Shown in pieces: positions 62,077 through 64,000 of a stretch of 64,000 bases of DNA. The DNA comes from Massalongia carnosa (taxonomy: Eukaryota): contig OZ287076.1 of NCBI GenBank assembly GCA_965645245.1, positions 1,302,001 through 1,366,000 on the forward strand. Reading direction: 5' to 3'. Numbering within the stretch: position 1 is the first letter of the stretch; every line of letters starts with the position of its first letter. The translations under genes were made by a program, and so were the position numbers. Below the pieces are notes generated by a model. The model ran no database searches. It saw only the letters and a list, made by a program, of their open reading frames with translations, and was not told where the DNA came from.

Positions 62077-62204
62077 CCTTGATAACTCTAGACCCTCTTC
62101 TCCTGCATCCCGCTGTCGTATGCCTAGTTGGTTTTTTGTTCAATACTCTGTAGAATAAACTCTATGAAGGTTATGTTCACCTTGACTCCGTCGACCAACA
62201 TGTC

Positions 62205-64000
62205 TGTCACGGACAAGGTCCAGATAGGGAGATATACAAGAGTTACTATTTAGAAAGCTAGGTCTAGGGATAGTATACAAGACGTCCGACGAAGAGCTCC
62301 AAACACCTGAGAAACCACATAGGTTTTATAGCCATCGCTTCCAACTCACCTATTCTTGACTTGCCCTCATCTCTGTTCCTGTTCTAATTTCCTAACCATG
62401 ATCGCTTTGACCTGTTCCGCCTTTCTCTATACCGAAGTAATCTCTCTCTGCTGGGCAATCCCAGTCGTAGGCTTGGATAGTGGAGACGTTGAGATTGGAT
62501 TCGGGATATAAGAGTTTGGAGTGCACTGAAGGCAGCGGAAGAACGTCTGAACACATGGGGCGAGGTTTCAGGATAGTTCGGAATAACATGCCACGGTTCT
62601 ATTTAACATGCAGGGCAGGTTTCACGGCAAGAGAGCCTGTTAAATACTATCCCGATCAGGAAACGTGGGAGGGTGCGAGGTAATTCCATGACAGTAGGTC
62701 CCTCTTCAAGGCGGAGCTCCTGCGATGCTACTATTCCTAGCAGCGGCAACGAGGTAGATTACAAGGGGTGTGATGTGGTCCGGCAGCTGTAGGGTAAGCC
62801 TGATGATATTCGTTTAGGGCTTGCTGACAGTTGGTTAGGAAATTGAAAGGTTCCCATGTGGGATTGTGACCTTCCCAATTAACGAAATAATGAAGGAGTA
62901 GAGGTTGAAATCGTCGGTCGTATTTGGAGTTCAATATGCTGTTTACATACCATTCTCGCTGTCCGTCTTCTGCTTCGACAGGTTCACGAGGGGCGGGATG
63001 CTGGCCAGGAAGGGGGTCATCTGCTTCATGCTGAAGAAGGTTTGCATGGAAAACTGGGTGGATCTTGACACCAGGAGGAAGCTCCAATTGTATCACTAGA
63101 GGGTTTGAGAAAACTCGACTGACCGCATAGGGTCCGATATTTCCATCGTCTAACTTGACGGTGGGTCTCGCTGTTTGAAGATTCTTTGTGTTTAACCATA
63201 CCATATTACCCACTTTATAGCGGGGGCATGGTCGGCGGTTTGCATTGGCAGTGGATTCATAGATGGCTTGAGCGATTAACATTTCATCATGAAGATGAGT
63301 TTCTAAGTCTCTCATCCTGTCCGCGAACTTATTAGCTGCGATCAGATTATTTCGAATTTGAGCGGTAATATCCGTCGGGAGAGGCTCGGAGGGTTCGAAT
63401 CCTATACGGGGGTGTTGACCAGAATTTGCTAGAAATGGCGAAGCAAGAGTTGTAGAAGAGTCCGTATTATTAGCCGCGAATTCAGCGCCTGGTAGCCACT
63501 TGGCCCAATTATCCTGCATATGGTTGACATAGGCTCTAAGGTAATGCTCCATGGAGGCGTTGGCTCGTTCTGTCTGGCCATCGGTTTCCGGGTGGTATCC
63601 GGTGGACAACCGTGCGTCGATTTTTAGCCGCTTACACAGCAATTCCCATAGTTCCGATACGAACTGCGAACCTCGATCTGATACGAGAACATCAGGTAGG
63701 CCATGATGCTTCCATACATTCTGATAGAAGGCATCTACGGCTTCTTCGACTTCCATGGATATGACCGGAGCCAGATGGCGCATCTTGGTTAGGCGATCTA
63801 TGAAAACTAGAATGTACCGATAGGTGATTCCCATGAAGGTGCTGGCCGAGAGGGGTCCGACATAATCCATAGCAACATCGCGCCAGCGACGCTCAGGTGG
63901 AGGTAAGGGCCTAAGCCACCCCTGATAACGTTCACGGGAGGGTTTGGCTCTTTTGCAGACATGGCAGTTTCTGACGAATCGTTGCACCGTTTTGTGCATG
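62205..64000 (-). mobile_element. 3' end of a second Ty3/gypsy chromovirus (integrase, chromodomain, 3' LTR)
   Basis: Open ORF 63999-62737 (CHVC, MDYVGPL, SDRGSQF, GYHPETDGQTER, GPY, WYVNSILNS...YFVNWEG...WEP), PPT GAAGAGGGACCTAC, LTR 62693-62205 TGTCATGG...CCGTGACA. Confidence 0.93.

Larger units (their letters stand above)
60002..62145. mobile_element. Truncated LTR of the 7487 family, split by a hAT MITE and a Tc1-like element
   Basis: 60002-60052, 60444-60502 and 62077-62145 align with ~7840-8005. Confidence 0.85.

Noticed and set aside
32253..64000. Starship or other cargo-carrying giant element
   Set aside because: No tyrosine-recombinase captain or cargo genes; nearly all of the length is accounted for by nested ordinary TEs.

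Overview
Window from a filamentous ascomycete (Pezizomycotina) genome, with GT-AG introns, CTRAC branch points and RIP-like C>T/G>A damage in repeats. The left half (1-32.2 kb) is gene-dense: APC5 (partial), CIA30, a Rim4-like 3xRRM protein, an SSS/Dur3-family transporter with an intronic TPP riboswitch (NCU01977/DUR31 type), a Tim44-domain Mba1/mL45-like protein, EOS1, SUI1/eIF1, an Asterix-like micro-exon gene, MED12/SRB8, RGD1 and a GT17 GlcNAc-transferase. Two small transposon nests (5.9-10.0 kb and 18.0-22.2 kb) interrupt it. The right half (32.25-64 kb) has no host genes and is a deeply nested transposon pile: pogo/Fot1, Tc1-like, piggyBac, a hAT MITE, Ty3/gypsy chromoviruses, a Ty1/copia, TRIMs, solo LTRs and a non-LTR insert. 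Most boundaries could be read from TIRs, LTRs and target-site duplications (TSDs). Most notable: (1) Tc1-like DD37E transposons with CACGCGG ends that duplicate 5 bp of variable sequence instead of TA, including one intact copy; (2) a 567-bp TRIM family with a Tf1-type self-priming site and a tRNA-like Pol III cassette (A box, B box, T5) spanning the U5/PBS junction; (3) the TPP riboswitch with a 12-bp long-range competing helix and an alternative 5' splice site. All calls were made by eye, no database searches were run, and novelty claims are therefore unverified.
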